Shown here one piece after another: positions 45,299 through 54,416 of a DNA stretch of 64,000 nt; positions within the stretch are counted from its first letter, which is position 1, and each line of letters opens with the position of its first letter. The notes under the pieces were generated by a model, which was not told the origin of the DNA, made no database searches, and saw nothing but the letters and a program-made list of their open reading frames with translations. Made by a program: the position numbers and the translations under genes. The DNA is from an uncultured Bacteroidota bacterium (GTDB taxonomy: Bacteria > Bacteroidota > Ignavibacteria > UBA10030 > UBA6906), in NCBI GenBank assembly GCA_963779225.1, contig CAVZWW010000001.1, positions 542,921-606,920 on the forward strand, read 5' to 3'.

Positions 45299-46762
45299 AT
45301 GAGCCCCCGTCGTCCTGCACATGTTCTCATACCCGCTTTTATGTCGCTGCTGTTCTTCCTCGTTGCCGGTTGCGCATCTCCAGGTGAAGAACAGATCACC
45401 ACGTGGATCAACAACGGAGAATTCGCCAAAGCGGAACGGGCGATCGGGACCATGCTTCAACGCGACACGTCGATGTCCGTCCAGCGGCGGCTCTTCTGGG
45501 AATTCGAAATCGAACGGATGCGCCGGATCAGACTTGATTTCACGAAGACCGAGTCGGATGTTCATGCATTCGTTACCCGGTACATCCCTCAGATGGATCA
45601 TGGCACGTACAGGCGCCTGGAAGAATCCCATGCGCTGGAAGTCATGACCATCGACGGCGAAAAACGGTATTTCCACTCTGCGGCCCGAAACCTGTTTCGT
45701 CTGGATCCCGAAGCCAGGCTGGTCTGGAAGGAAAGGTTCAAGGACGCGCCGCCGGACTCCGGCCTAGCGGGCGAAGAGGGACTCGATGCGCATCTGCGTG
45801 AAGTGATAGAAGCTGCAGTCAAGGGCGGGAAACCGTTCGTGAAACCCGTCCGGCTGCATATCATTCATACCATCGACATCAAACCGGATGCCGTGCCTGA
45901 AGGTGAGACCATCAGGTGCTGGATCCCGTTTCCGAGGGAGATCCCCGGTCGCCAGGAGGTTCTGACCATTCTCACCACGGACCCGCCGCAGTACGTTCTG
46001 GCCGGCAACCCGGTACATCTGCAGCGCACAATCTATTTTGAGAAGCGATCCCTGGGAAGGTCCAAAACACGATTTAGCGTGGAATACGAGTACACTTCAA
46101 AGGGGGTCTTTGTGCCCGTGGATCCTGCAAGGGTAAAACCCGCTGCCATCACTCCGGAGCTCGCCCCCTTTGTGAAAGAAGAGCCGCCGCACATCGTGTT
46201 CACACCCGAACTTAAGGATCTTTCCCGGAAGATCGTGGGAAGCGAGACCAATCCGTACCTGATTGCCCGGCGGCTTTTTGCGTGGGCTGACACCAACGTC
46301 ACATGGGCGACGGCGAGAGAATACTCCACCGTCCCGAATCTCAGTATGTATCCGTTCATCAACCGCCATGGCGACTGCGGCATGCAGACGATGCTGTTCA
46401 TCACGCTCTGCCGTATGAATGGCATCCCCGCCCGCTGGCAGTCGGGGTGGGAGTTCCGTCCGCCGGACAACAGCATGCATGACTGGGGAATGGTCTACTA
46501 TGAGCCTTACGGGTGGGTTCCCATGGATGTCACGTACGGCATGCGGAAGACGGCGGACGACCGGCTCAAGTTCTTCTACCTGAACGGCATGGACAGCTAC
46601 CGGTTGATCTTTAACGATGCCACCTCGACACCTTTCTATCCGGCTAAAATGTTCCCCCGTTCTGAAACGGTGGATTCGCAGCGCGGCGAAGTGGAGTGGC
46701 GGGGAGGAAATCTCTACTTCAACATGTGGGAGTGGGATCTTGAGTGGAAGGTCGTGAGGTGA
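45299..46762 (+). CDS. Transglutaminase-like (Cys-His-Asp) domain lipoprotein
   Basis: Lipobox FFLVAGC; catalytic triad context HGDCGMQTMLFITLCRMNGIPARW … HDWGMVYYEPYGWVPMD. Confidence 0.65.
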   Translation: MSPRRPAHVLIPAFMSLLFFLVAGCASPGEEQITTWINNGEFAKAERAIGTMLQRDTSMSVQRRLFWEFEIERMRRIRLDFTKTESDVHAFVTRYIPQMDHGTYRRLEESHALEVMTIDGEKRYFHSAARNLFRLDPEARLVWKERFKDAPPDSGLAGEEGLDAHLREVIEAAVKGGKPFVKPVRLHIIHTIDIKPDAVPEGETIRCWIPFPREIPGRQEVLTILTTDPPQYVLAGNPVHLQRTIYFEKRSLGRSKTRFSVEYEYTSKGVFVPVDPARVKPAAITPELAPFVKEEPPHIVFTPELKDLSRKIVGSETNPYLIARRLFAWADTNVTWATAREYSTVPNLSMYPFINRHGDCGMQTMLFITLCRMNGIPARWQSGWEFRPPDNSMHDWGMVYYEPYGWVPMDVTYGMRKTADDRLKFFYLNGMDSYRLIFNDATSTPFYPAKMFPRSETVDSQRGEVEWRGGNLYFNMWEWDLEWKVVR

Positions 46763-48296
46763 GGAGGCCGCCGCGTTTCTGATTTTCCGTCGTCACAAAT
46801 ATGCCCGCCTGCCCCGGCAGCGGGCATTTTGTTTCGCAGATCCCGCACCCGATACACAGATCACGAATCACATATGGATACTTGACCATGCGTTTGACTC
46901 CGTTCGGGAGAAGGGCTTCCTTGATCTCGAATTTGATGGCCTTGTCCGGAGTCGGGCAGTGCTCTTCACATACGATGCAATCGCTGTTCTGTGCAAAAGG
47001 AATACAGAGATTCTTGTCAAAATGCGCCAGCCCCATAGGCAGGTGTTGTTTTTCCTGCAGCGTCATGGGGAGGATGGCCTCCGTGGGGCAGACCATGCCG
47101 CAGAGATTGCAGTTGTATTCGCAGTATCCCTCCCGCATTGCCGCGACCGGCAGCCAGAGTTCGAGTAGGGATGAGTGAATCCGGTCGGGCTGCAGGCAGC
47201 CCCCGTTGGATTTGCAGATGCGCACGCACTCCAGGCACCGTATACACCGGTCGGCGAACTGTTCTTCCGGGAGCGCTCCCGGGGGCCGTATCTGGCGGGT
47301 CTGCGTATCCTTCGCGGGCAGGCCGATCTGCAGCAGGCCCAGCGCGGCAACGCTCCCTGCGGACGTCTGGAGCACCTGCCGGCGTGTCATGTCCACCGGA
47401 GTGTGATACGGACTCCAGCGCCACCTGTAGGTGATCGCCTTCACTTTGGGCGGGCACACCTTTCCGCAATTGAAACAGTCAATACACTCCACCTTGCTCG
47501 TGTGCTTCACATCCCCGCCGGGGATGGCGTTCATCTTGCATTCGGTCTGGCACTTGTTGCAGATCGGGCATGCCTCTCCGACGATCCGTTCGAACATCCG
47601 GAATTGGGAAAGGAAACCCAGCCAGGCTCCGGCAGGGCAGAGGTTCCGGCACCAGAAACGGCGGGACAGTCGTTCCAGACCCAGGATCCCGCCGATGAAG
47701 AGCGCGATCCAAAACAGCCCCTGATGATGTGCCTGGGTTTCGGGCATGATCAGGCTCTTGTACGCGTCATACACGGACATCGCCGGATCCTCCAGGAACG
47801 GGATCCTTCCTGCCGCCAGAAGCGTCTGATCTACGAATAATGTGCCTAGAGGATAGAACACAACCGTCAGCGCGCGGTTAAATATGGACAGCGGATCCAG
47901 ATACCCCCAGACATTGACCGAAAACAGGGCGAGAAGAACACACCCAAGCAGGATGCCGAACTTGAGCCAACGCAGTTTCTCCCATTTCTGCGAAAGCCGG
48001 TTCGAGGGGGATTTGACCACCTTCCCGGCTGCGTCGATCGCCGTTCCGAGCGGACAGAGCCAGCCGCAGAAAAACCGGCCGAGGAACGGTGTCAGCGCCA
48101 GGATGACCAGCGCGGGCCAGAAGAGTGTAGAAACACGGAGGTGCTGGATGAAGTCGAACAGGGGGATAAGCGGACTGAAGCGGAGGAAGATGTCCGCCTC
48201 GGTATGCTCTGTGTACGGGTAACGTGCCAGAAGAAACAGGACGACGAAGAACCCGAGCGCGAGCAGTTGAACGACCTTGCGGATGTTCGCGGTCAT
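46719..48296 (-). CDS. Membrane-bound multi-cluster 4Fe-4S polyferredoxin (NapH/MauN-like)
   Basis: 525 aa; N-terminal TM helices with CGWLCPLGT; multiple CxxCxxCxxxCP motifs (CPICNKCQTEC, CIDCFNCGKVCP, CIRCLECVRIC, CNLCGMVCP, CIVCEEHCP, CIGCGICETKCP); an internal RRQVLQTSAGSVAALGL twin-Arg-like segment. Start overlaps the stop of the upstream DUF362 gene. Confidence 0.65.
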   Translation of the reverse strand: MTANIRKVVQLLALGFFVVLFLLARYPYTEHTEADIFLRFSPLIPLFDFIQHLRVSTLFWPALVILALTPFLGRFFCGWLCPLGTAIDAAGKVVKSPSNRLSQKWEKLRWLKFGILLGCVLLALFSVNVWGYLDPLSIFNRALTVVFYPLGTLFVDQTLLAAGRIPFLEDPAMSVYDAYKSLIMPETQAHHQGLFWIALFIGGILGLERLSRRFWCRNLCPAGAWLGFLSQFRMFERIVGEACPICNKCQTECKMNAIPGGDVKHTSKVECIDCFNCGKVCPPKVKAITYRWRWSPYHTPVDMTRRQVLQTSAGSVAALGLLQIGLPAKDTQTRQIRPPGALPEEQFADRCIRCLECVRICKSNGGCLQPDRIHSSLLELWLPVAAMREGYCEYNCNLCGMVCPTEAILPMTLQEKQHLPMGLAHFDKNLCIPFAQNSDCIVCEEHCPTPDKAIKFEIKEALLPNGVKRMVKYPYVIRDLCIGCGICETKCPLPGQAGIFVTTENQKRGGLLTSRPSTQDPTPTC

Positions 48297-49192
48297 GCGA
48301 GCCGCACCCGCCGCAGATTCAGTTTTTTGACATCATAGGTGTTCAGGCCGCGCTTGATTGCTTCGCCGACGAATCCGGCATCGCCTGCACCGAGCCCGAA
48401 GAGCTCCAGGGCAACATAGTCAGCGGTCACCAGACAGGGGCTCATGATCAAGGTGCGGGTCTGCTTCACGTGGGCGAGGTTGCCTCCGACCGGTCCGTTG
48501 GCGGTGAGAATACGGTAGGCATCGATGATGGTGAGTGTCGGCAGGATGGTTCTGTCTATGTCCACCAGCTTCTGGGCAAAATTGTTGTGAATGTCACCCC
48601 GGTTTCCACCCATCACGCCCATCAGATTCTTCATTCCGAGCGTGACGCCGGACAGGGAATGGTGTTTTGCGATCGGGAGATTTATGACTTTGTCCGCTTC
48701 CAGGTAGTCCTTATAGATGGGCCATTCCTTGACCAGTTCCCCGTTGATCGCCTTGTTGACGAAACGGCTCTCACGCACCTGTGAAACATCGGCCCCCGCG
48801 TTCTTTGCCTTTTCTTCGATCTGGGAATTGGTGTAGCATCGGAGCGGGTTGTTGCACGTGCGGTCAAACACCTTCACGGTCTTCGCGCCGGCACCGAGGC
48901 ATGCCGTGACCACCGCGGCAACGAGCTCGGGATTCGTGTTTGCGGCATATTGCGGGGCACGGTCCCATCCCATGTTCGGCTTGACCACCACCACGTCGCC
49001 CCGGCTGATGAAGTGGGAGATGCCGCCCATCTCTTTGAGTGCTGCGGCAAGGAGCTGAGCCGGTTCTCCGTTTTCCACCCAGACGGCATGGGGCATCTGC
49101 GTCTGTGCAAGAAGCCGGTCCCATGCAGGGGACAGCAGGGAAGCCCCCAGGACGCCGGCGCCCGTGGTAACCAGAAAATCACGTCTGTTCAT
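48293..49192 (-). CDS. TAT-signal DUF362-family protein
   Basis: Twin-arginine signal MNRRDFLVTTGAGVLGASLLSPAW; body VVKPNMGWDRAPQYAANTNPELVAAVVTACLGAGAKTVKVFDRTCNNP matches the DUF362 pattern (…VxIKPN…). The track ORF extends to 49540, but the RR-motif Met at 49192 is the plausible start. Confidence 0.5.
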   Translation of the reverse strand: MNRRDFLVTTGAGVLGASLLSPAWDRLLAQTQMPHAVWVENGEPAQLLAAALKEMGGISHFISRGDVVVVKPNMGWDRAPQYAANTNPELVAAVVTACLGAGAKTVKVFDRTCNNPLRCYTNSQIEEKAKNAGADVSQVRESRFVNKAINGELVKEWPIYKDYLEADKVINLPIAKHHSLSGVTLGMKNLMGVMGGNRGDIHNNFAQKLVDIDRTILPTLTIIDAYRILTANGPVGGNLAHVKQTRTLIMSPCLVTADYVALELFGLGAGDAGFVGEAIKRGLNTYDVKKLNLRRVRLA

Positions 49193-49333
49193 AGAGTATC
49201 TCCCAAAGTGGCCCATTCTCCCATGCTCCATTGAGTATAGAAAAAAAATTACATAAAATACACCCGTTCTCCTCCCGGACCACACATCGCCACGAACGGA
49301 GATCCGATGAATCGTCCAAATCGCACACCAGAA

Positions 49334-50488
49334 ATGAATCGCCGCGAATTCTGCGCTCTGGTTGCCGGCGCAGGAGCAACGGCAGCCCTGGGCATTCAAT
49401 CGTTGCGCGCCGCACAGGAGCAGGTGCGGCCCCCTGAAAAACCTGGCACCAACCGGGCTGATGCGCTCAAGCACCCCCGGAAGCAGATCTCCATGCCGGG
49501 GAAGTATCCCGGCCGTGTCGCCCGTTCGGTGCATGAACACGCTCTTGTGAACAACACTCCGGACCCGGCCATCGCCGATGCATTGGTATCACACGCGCTT
49601 CTCGCTCTTACGGGTGCAGCGAATATCAACGAGGCCTGGCGCGAGTTCGTCTCTCCCGAAGACATTATCGGTCTGAAAGTGAACCCCGTGGCCGGCAAAC
49701 TCCTCAGCACGAGCCCGGAAATTGTGGCCGCCATTATCGGTCAGCTCGTGAAGGCAGGGATCCCGCGGAACCATCTGGTGATCTGGGATCGCCGGGAATT
49801 CGAGCTCCAGGAAACCGGATACACCGCGGAACGATTCCCGGGTATCAGGATCACGGGCACGGAACGGAAGGATGCCGCCGGATCGTTCACGGATGCGAAA
49901 GGGAAACTGTACGGGGAGGCGATGATCGACCGTGACTGGTACTACTGGGCGGATGTGGAAGAACAGTATGATGCGGAAACGATGCCGTATATGATCAATA
50001 GCGGGAAGTTTTCCTACTTCAGCCGCATTGTCACACAGGACGTGACGAAGATCGTCAATATTCCCATTCTCAAGAACGCCGGGGCATCGATTACGTTATG
50101 TCTCAAGAATCTTGCGTACGGCGCCATCAGCAACACCCAGCGGCTCCACAAACACCTCTGGTCGGAGACCACCGCGGAAGTGCCGGCGTTTCCGCCGCTG
50201 CGCGACAAGGTGGTGTTGAACATCGTGGACGGCATACGGGGGTGCTTCAACGGCGGGCCCGGAGCGAACCCGCAATTCTTCACCGACTACAACACCGTCC
50301 TTGCCGGCACCGACCCCGTTGCTGTCGACCGGATCGGGTATGATATTGTGCTGAAGAAGCGACTTGAAGAGAAAGTGCAGAAAGAAGAATCGCCGCGCGG
50401 GCGCCTTTTCCTTGACCTTGCTGCCGCCATGGGACTGGGTGAGGCGGATATTTTGCGGATACAGCTCACCACGGAAATCCTCTCATGA
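49334..50488 (+). CDS. TAT-signal DUF362-family protein (divergent paralog)
   Basis: MNRREFCALVAGAGATAALGIQSLRAAQ twin-Arg signal; IGLKVNPVAGKLLSTSPEIVAAIIGQLVKAGIPRNHLVIWDRREFE core paralogous to the 48293 gene. Confidence 0.5.
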   Translation: MNRREFCALVAGAGATAALGIQSLRAAQEQVRPPEKPGTNRADALKHPRKQISMPGKYPGRVARSVHEHALVNNTPDPAIADALVSHALLALTGAANINEAWREFVSPEDIIGLKVNPVAGKLLSTSPEIVAAIIGQLVKAGIPRNHLVIWDRREFELQETGYTAERFPGIRITGTERKDAAGSFTDAKGKLYGEAMIDRDWYYWADVEEQYDAETMPYMINSGKFSYFSRIVTQDVTKIVNIPILKNAGASITLCLKNLAYGAISNTQRLHKHLWSETTAEVPAFPPLRDKVVLNIVDGIRGCFNGGPGANPQFFTDYNTVLAGTDPVAVDRIGYDIVLKKRLEEKVQKEESPRGRLFLDLAAAMGLGEADILRIQLTTEILS

Positions 50489-51351
50489 TGAGATCGCTTG
50501 CGCTGCTGTTCATGGCTGTTTTTCAGCAGGGGGCCGATCCGGACCGGGTCAGCCTGCGCAGCGGTGATATCCCCGGATTGGATGTCACTCAGACGCAACG
50601 TTATGAAGGCGTGTCGCTGACGGGGCATATCAACGGCGGCGCCGAGCTGTACCGCGAGTACGGGTTTCGAACGCTCACGGTGCAGGAAGTAACTATTCGC
50701 GGCGGCGAAGAACTCACGATCGAATCGTACCGGATGACCGATCCGGCGGCGGCATTCGGCATTTTTTCGATCTCCCGTTCCGGCTGCGGGCCGGCCGACA
50801 CCGCATTCCTGGCGAGCTGCGGTTCGCCGTTTCAACTTCAGCTGGTGGCACACGACCTGTATGTGCGGATTCAAAACGGCAGCGGAACACCGGTCATGCA
50901 GGAGTCCAGCCGTATTCTTGCGCGCTGGATCGTTGGTCGCGCCGGACAGGATCTTCCCGTGTTGCCGCCCCGGTTCACCCACCCTCTTCTCCTGCCGTTT
51001 GTCCCCGGGGTTAAACGCATGGCAGGTCCTCTCGGCCTCCAGAACGGACTTCCGGACTGGGCTGAACCCTGCGAGGGTTTGCGGGCTTTTTCGGTGTTTG
51101 CGCTGCCGGCAGTCTTCGAAGGGCGGGAACTGTCGGTCCTGGTCTGGCGGTTTGGATCACCGGAGGATTGCGGGGTATTCCTGGGACGGATCGGGGCAGA
51201 GGAGCAGGGGGCAGATTTGATGGCGATACGGCGGGGAGGTGGGACCCTCTGGGTGAAACGTCAGGGTCCGGTGGAGTGCATCCTTGTGGAAACTGGTGAG
51301 GGAGGCCTTGAACCCGCGCTGCGGGAGGTTATCTTCGGACCGGAAAAGTAA
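50485..51351 (+). CDS. Hypothetical secreted protein translationally coupled to DUF362
   Basis: ATGA overlap with the upstream stop; N-terminal hydrophobic signal MMRSLALLFMAVFQQG; no known motifs. Confidence 0.35.
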   Translation: MMRSLALLFMAVFQQGADPDRVSLRSGDIPGLDVTQTQRYEGVSLTGHINGGAELYREYGFRTLTVQEVTIRGGEELTIESYRMTDPAAAFGIFSISRSGCGPADTAFLASCGSPFQLQLVAHDLYVRIQNGSGTPVMQESSRILARWIVGRAGQDLPVLPPRFTHPLLLPFVPGVKRMAGPLGLQNGLPDWAEPCEGLRAFSVFALPAVFEGRELSVLVWRFGSPEDCGVFLGRIGAEEQGADLMAIRRGGGTLWVKRQGPVECILVETGEGGLEPALREVIFGPEK

Positions 51352-52711
51352 TACCGTACTGTTTCATTTTGGCGAACAGCTGCCGGCGATGGATCTTGAG
51401 GAGTTCCGCGGCCCGGCTCCGGTTCCCGCCTGTTTGCTGCAATGCCCGAAGGATCAACTGTTTTTCCACGTCCTCGACGATGCCCTTCATCGGCATCCCC
51501 TCCTGCCAGAGAATGTTGCGCGGCAGCAGATCCCCCCCGGTGCGCAGCGTGAGAGGCAGACTGTCAAGCGTGATGACCTCCCCTCTGGCCATGACAATGG
51601 CGCGTTGAACAACATTCTCCAGTTCACGGACATTTCCCGGCCAGGAGTATTCCCGGAATTTCTGCATCACTTCATGGGATACCACCACCATCCGCCCGGG
51701 GGCATATTTGTACAGGAAGTGATCGACGAACACCGGGATATCTTCCGGATGCTCCCGAAGCGGCGGAACGTTGATATGAAGGATATTGAGCCGGTAGTAG
51801 AGATCTTCCCGGAAACGCCCTGCCCGTACTTCTCCTTCAAGGTCCTTGTTTGTTGCGGCTATCACGCGTACATCCACGACCAGAGTTGTCTTCCCGCCGA
51901 CCCGTTCCAGGGTCTTCTGCTGGAGGACCCGCAGGAGCTTGACCTGGAGGGAGGGGGTCATGGCATTCACTTCATCCAGAAACAATGTGCCCCCATCGGC
52001 CAATTCAAAACGGCCCTGCCGTTGTCCTACGGCTCCGGTGAAGGCGCCCCGCTCGTGTCCGAACATCTCGCTCTCCAGGAGAGTCTCGGGTAACGCACCA
52101 CAGTTGACTTTGATGAAGGGCCGGTCCTGGCGGAGGGAGTGGCGCTGCAGTGCATCGGCTATCAATTCCTTGCCCGTTCCGCTCTCCCCCTGGATGAGCA
52201 CCGTGGTGTCCGTCGGTGCCACCCGTCCGATGAGCTTGAAAATCTCTTGCATCTGACCGCTGCTGCCGATGATGCTCTTGTCCGGTGCTTCCTGGTTCTT
52301 CTGTGTGACCTGTGACCGCAGTTGTCTGACTTCCCCGAGCAGATCGTGGTACTGCAGGGAGCGGCGGATGATGAGCAGGAATTCGTCGAGTTCAAAAGGT
52401 TTCTCCAGATAATCATATGCCCCCGCCTTCATCGCTTCAATGGCGCGTTCGCTGGTGCCGTACGCCGTAAAGACGATCACCACTGTATCGGGGATTGACC
52501 GTTTGATTTCGCGCAACGCGGCGAGCCCGTCGAGTCCCGGGAGATTAATGTCCATCAGGACTACGGCGGGACGATGGTTCCGGGTAAGAGCCACTGCTGT
52601 CTCGCCGTCAGCCGCTTCGAGCATCGTGTATCCCTCCTCCCGAAGGAGCTCGAGGAGACTCTTGCGCATCGAAGGTTCATCGTCGGCAATAAGGATGGTA
52701 TGATGGTTCAT
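51329..52711 (-). CDS. Sigma54-dependent response regulator (NtrC family: REC-AAA+-HTH)
   Basis: REC domain ILIADDEPSMRKSL…; AAA+ sigma54-interaction domain GESGTGKELIADALQ, GAFTGA, ESEMFGHERGAF; C-terminal Fis-type HTH RSRAAELLKIHRRQLFAKMKQYGI. Confidence 0.9.
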   Translation of the reverse strand: MNHHTILIADDEPSMRKSLLELLREEGYTMLEAADGETAVALTRNHRPAVVLMDINLPGLDGLAALREIKRSIPDTVVIVFTAYGTSERAIEAMKAGAYDYLEKPFELDEFLLIIRRSLQYHDLLGEVRQLRSQVTQKNQEAPDKSIIGSSGQMQEIFKLIGRVAPTDTTVLIQGESGTGKELIADALQRHSLRQDRPFIKVNCGALPETLLESEMFGHERGAFTGAVGQRQGRFELADGGTLFLDEVNAMTPSLQVKLLRVLQQKTLERVGGKTTLVVDVRVIAATNKDLEGEVRAGRFREDLYYRLNILHINVPPLREHPEDIPVFVDHFLYKYAPGRMVVVSHEVMQKFREYSWPGNVRELENVVQRAIVMARGEVITLDSLPLTLRTGGDLLPRNILWQEGMPMKGIVEDVEKQLILRALQQTGGNRSRAAELLKIHRRQLFAKMKQYGITFPVRR

Positions 52712-54258
52712 GATGTACCGCGCATTTCCGGACCGATGGTGGGGATGTGAATGTGGCAGACTGTCCCCCGGCCGTCACGCGGGAGGAACTCTATTCTGCC
52801 GCCGTGTGTGCGGATAATTTCGTATGAAATGGAAAGTCCGAGACCTGCTCCGTGGGCTTTCGTGGAAAAGAACGGCTCGAAGATCCGGGGAAGTACTTCC
52901 GGTGGAATCCCGGTCCCGTCGTCCTCGATGGAAACGACCACCAGCTGGCGCTCCGCCTCAAATGCCGTGGCCACGGCAAGATGACCGCCCCCCGGCATCG
53001 CATCCAGCGCATTGGTGCAGATATTCAAGAAAACCTGTTCCATTGCCTGGGGATCCAGCGGGATGAGGGGTGCTTCAGGGGCGAAGGCGGTTTGCACGCG
53101 CACGCGTCGTGCCCGCGCCACGGGCTCCACAACCGTCAGTGTCCGCCGGAGAACGTGATGGACATCGGAGGGAATGGGGATGGTCGCTACCGGTTTTGAG
53201 AACGTCAGGAGCCGCTTCACGAGTTCCGACAGGCGGTCGATCTCGCCCACCACCACGGCCATGGCGTCCTCTGATACGACACTGCCTTTGTCTGCGGTGC
53301 CGGGTCTCTTGAGTTTCCGTTGCCACATCTGGATACGGGTCTTGATGACCGCCAGGGGGGTTTTTACTTCATGAGCCACACGCGCGATCAGTTTGCCGAG
53401 CGAGGCCATCTTGTCCTGCTGGTGGAGCTCCTGCTCAAGCTGTTCCCGTAAGTGTTGGTCTTCAGTCCGTGCCGCAACCATGTCATTGATTGCCAGCATG
53501 ATTACGCCGAAGACTCCACGCCGCTGCGGGAAGCGAAATGCCGTGTCTCGTCGCAGCGCGTCCAGACCGATGCGTATTTCTTCTGTCCGCTCCCGCAATC
53601 TCCAAGCAATCGCAATGACCACAATGAACCCGATAAGCGAAACAATAGCAGCGACAATGAGGACGCTCGTCAACCGCACGGTGGGGAGCAGACGTTCGAT
53701 GTGCACCCGTGCCCAGACGGCTCCCACGATCCGGCCACGAACCTCGATCGGGTCCGTCACCAGCGGAAAGGTGGCAGGATCAAACTGATGCATCTGAATG
53801 ATCTTTTGCTGCCGGGCGATCGACTGCCGTACCTGTTCGCGAATGATGTGAAAAGAGCGTGGAGGGGGACCGAAAGCCGGCTGGGGCGGGGGTGATGTGG
53901 GGAAGGCGTATCCGAGAAACTGATCCGCGTCGGCAATGTAAAATCCACCCTCCGTCCCCTGAAACAACATCAGTTCCCGGGTGGCAACGGCGGACAGCAG
54001 GGCATCCGCCCGCTTCTCCTCTTCCCGCGTCCAGGAGGTTCGCTGCAGGAATGTTGAGTGCCACAGACTGTCCATGAGTGCCCGTGCAGCCGTGTTGATT
54101 TCCGCCACCGCCGCTTCCGTCATGATCCGGTTGGAGGCAATCACTTCGTCAGCGGAACGCTGCAGCGTGGCATAGAAATAGACGGCGCACCCTGCAATAA
54201 CGACGGCAAATGCGGATGCCAGCATGAGCGCCTTGAATCGAAGACTGAGACGGTGCAT
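52708..54258 (-). CDS. Membrane sensor histidine kinase
   Basis: Two TM helices flanking a periplasmic region of about 230 aa; H-box ARVAHEVKTPLAVIKT; N/G boxes (ICTNALDAM, DDGTGIPPEVLPRIFEPFFSTK…GLGLSIS). Start 54258 chosen at MHRLSLRF. Confidence 0.8.
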   Translation of the reverse strand: MHRLSLRFKALMLASAFAVVIAGCAVYFYATLQRSADEVIASNRIMTEAAVAEINTAARALMDSLWHSTFLQRTSWTREEEKRADALLSAVATRELMLFQGTEGGFYIADADQFLGYAFPTSPPPQPAFGPPPRSFHIIREQVRQSIARQQKIIQMHQFDPATFPLVTDPIEVRGRIVGAVWARVHIERLLPTVRLTSVLIVAAIVSLIGFIVVIAIAWRLRERTEEIRIGLDALRRDTAFRFPQRRGVFGVIMLAINDMVAARTEDQHLREQLEQELHQQDKMASLGKLIARVAHEVKTPLAVIKTRIQMWQRKLKRPGTADKGSVVSEDAMAVVVGEIDRLSELVKRLLTFSKPVATIPIPSDVHHVLRRTLTVVEPVARARRVRVQTAFAPEAPLIPLDPQAMEQVFLNICTNALDAMPGGGHLAVATAFEAERQLVVVSIEDDGTGIPPEVLPRIFEPFFSTKAHGAGLGLSISYEIIRTHGGRIEFLPRDGRGTVCHIHIPTIGPEMRGTS

Positions 54259-54416
54259 GATGTAAGATACGGTGGGAGAGAGGACTAGTGCAAGTGGGCG
54301 GTGTTCGAAGAGCAACCTCAGTGAGGCAGCAGGGCGTGCGGATGCTGCACAGGCCCGGTGTTGTAAATGGAACATGATGCGCGTATATTTGTCTACACAT
54401 TGACGGGGCACATTGC

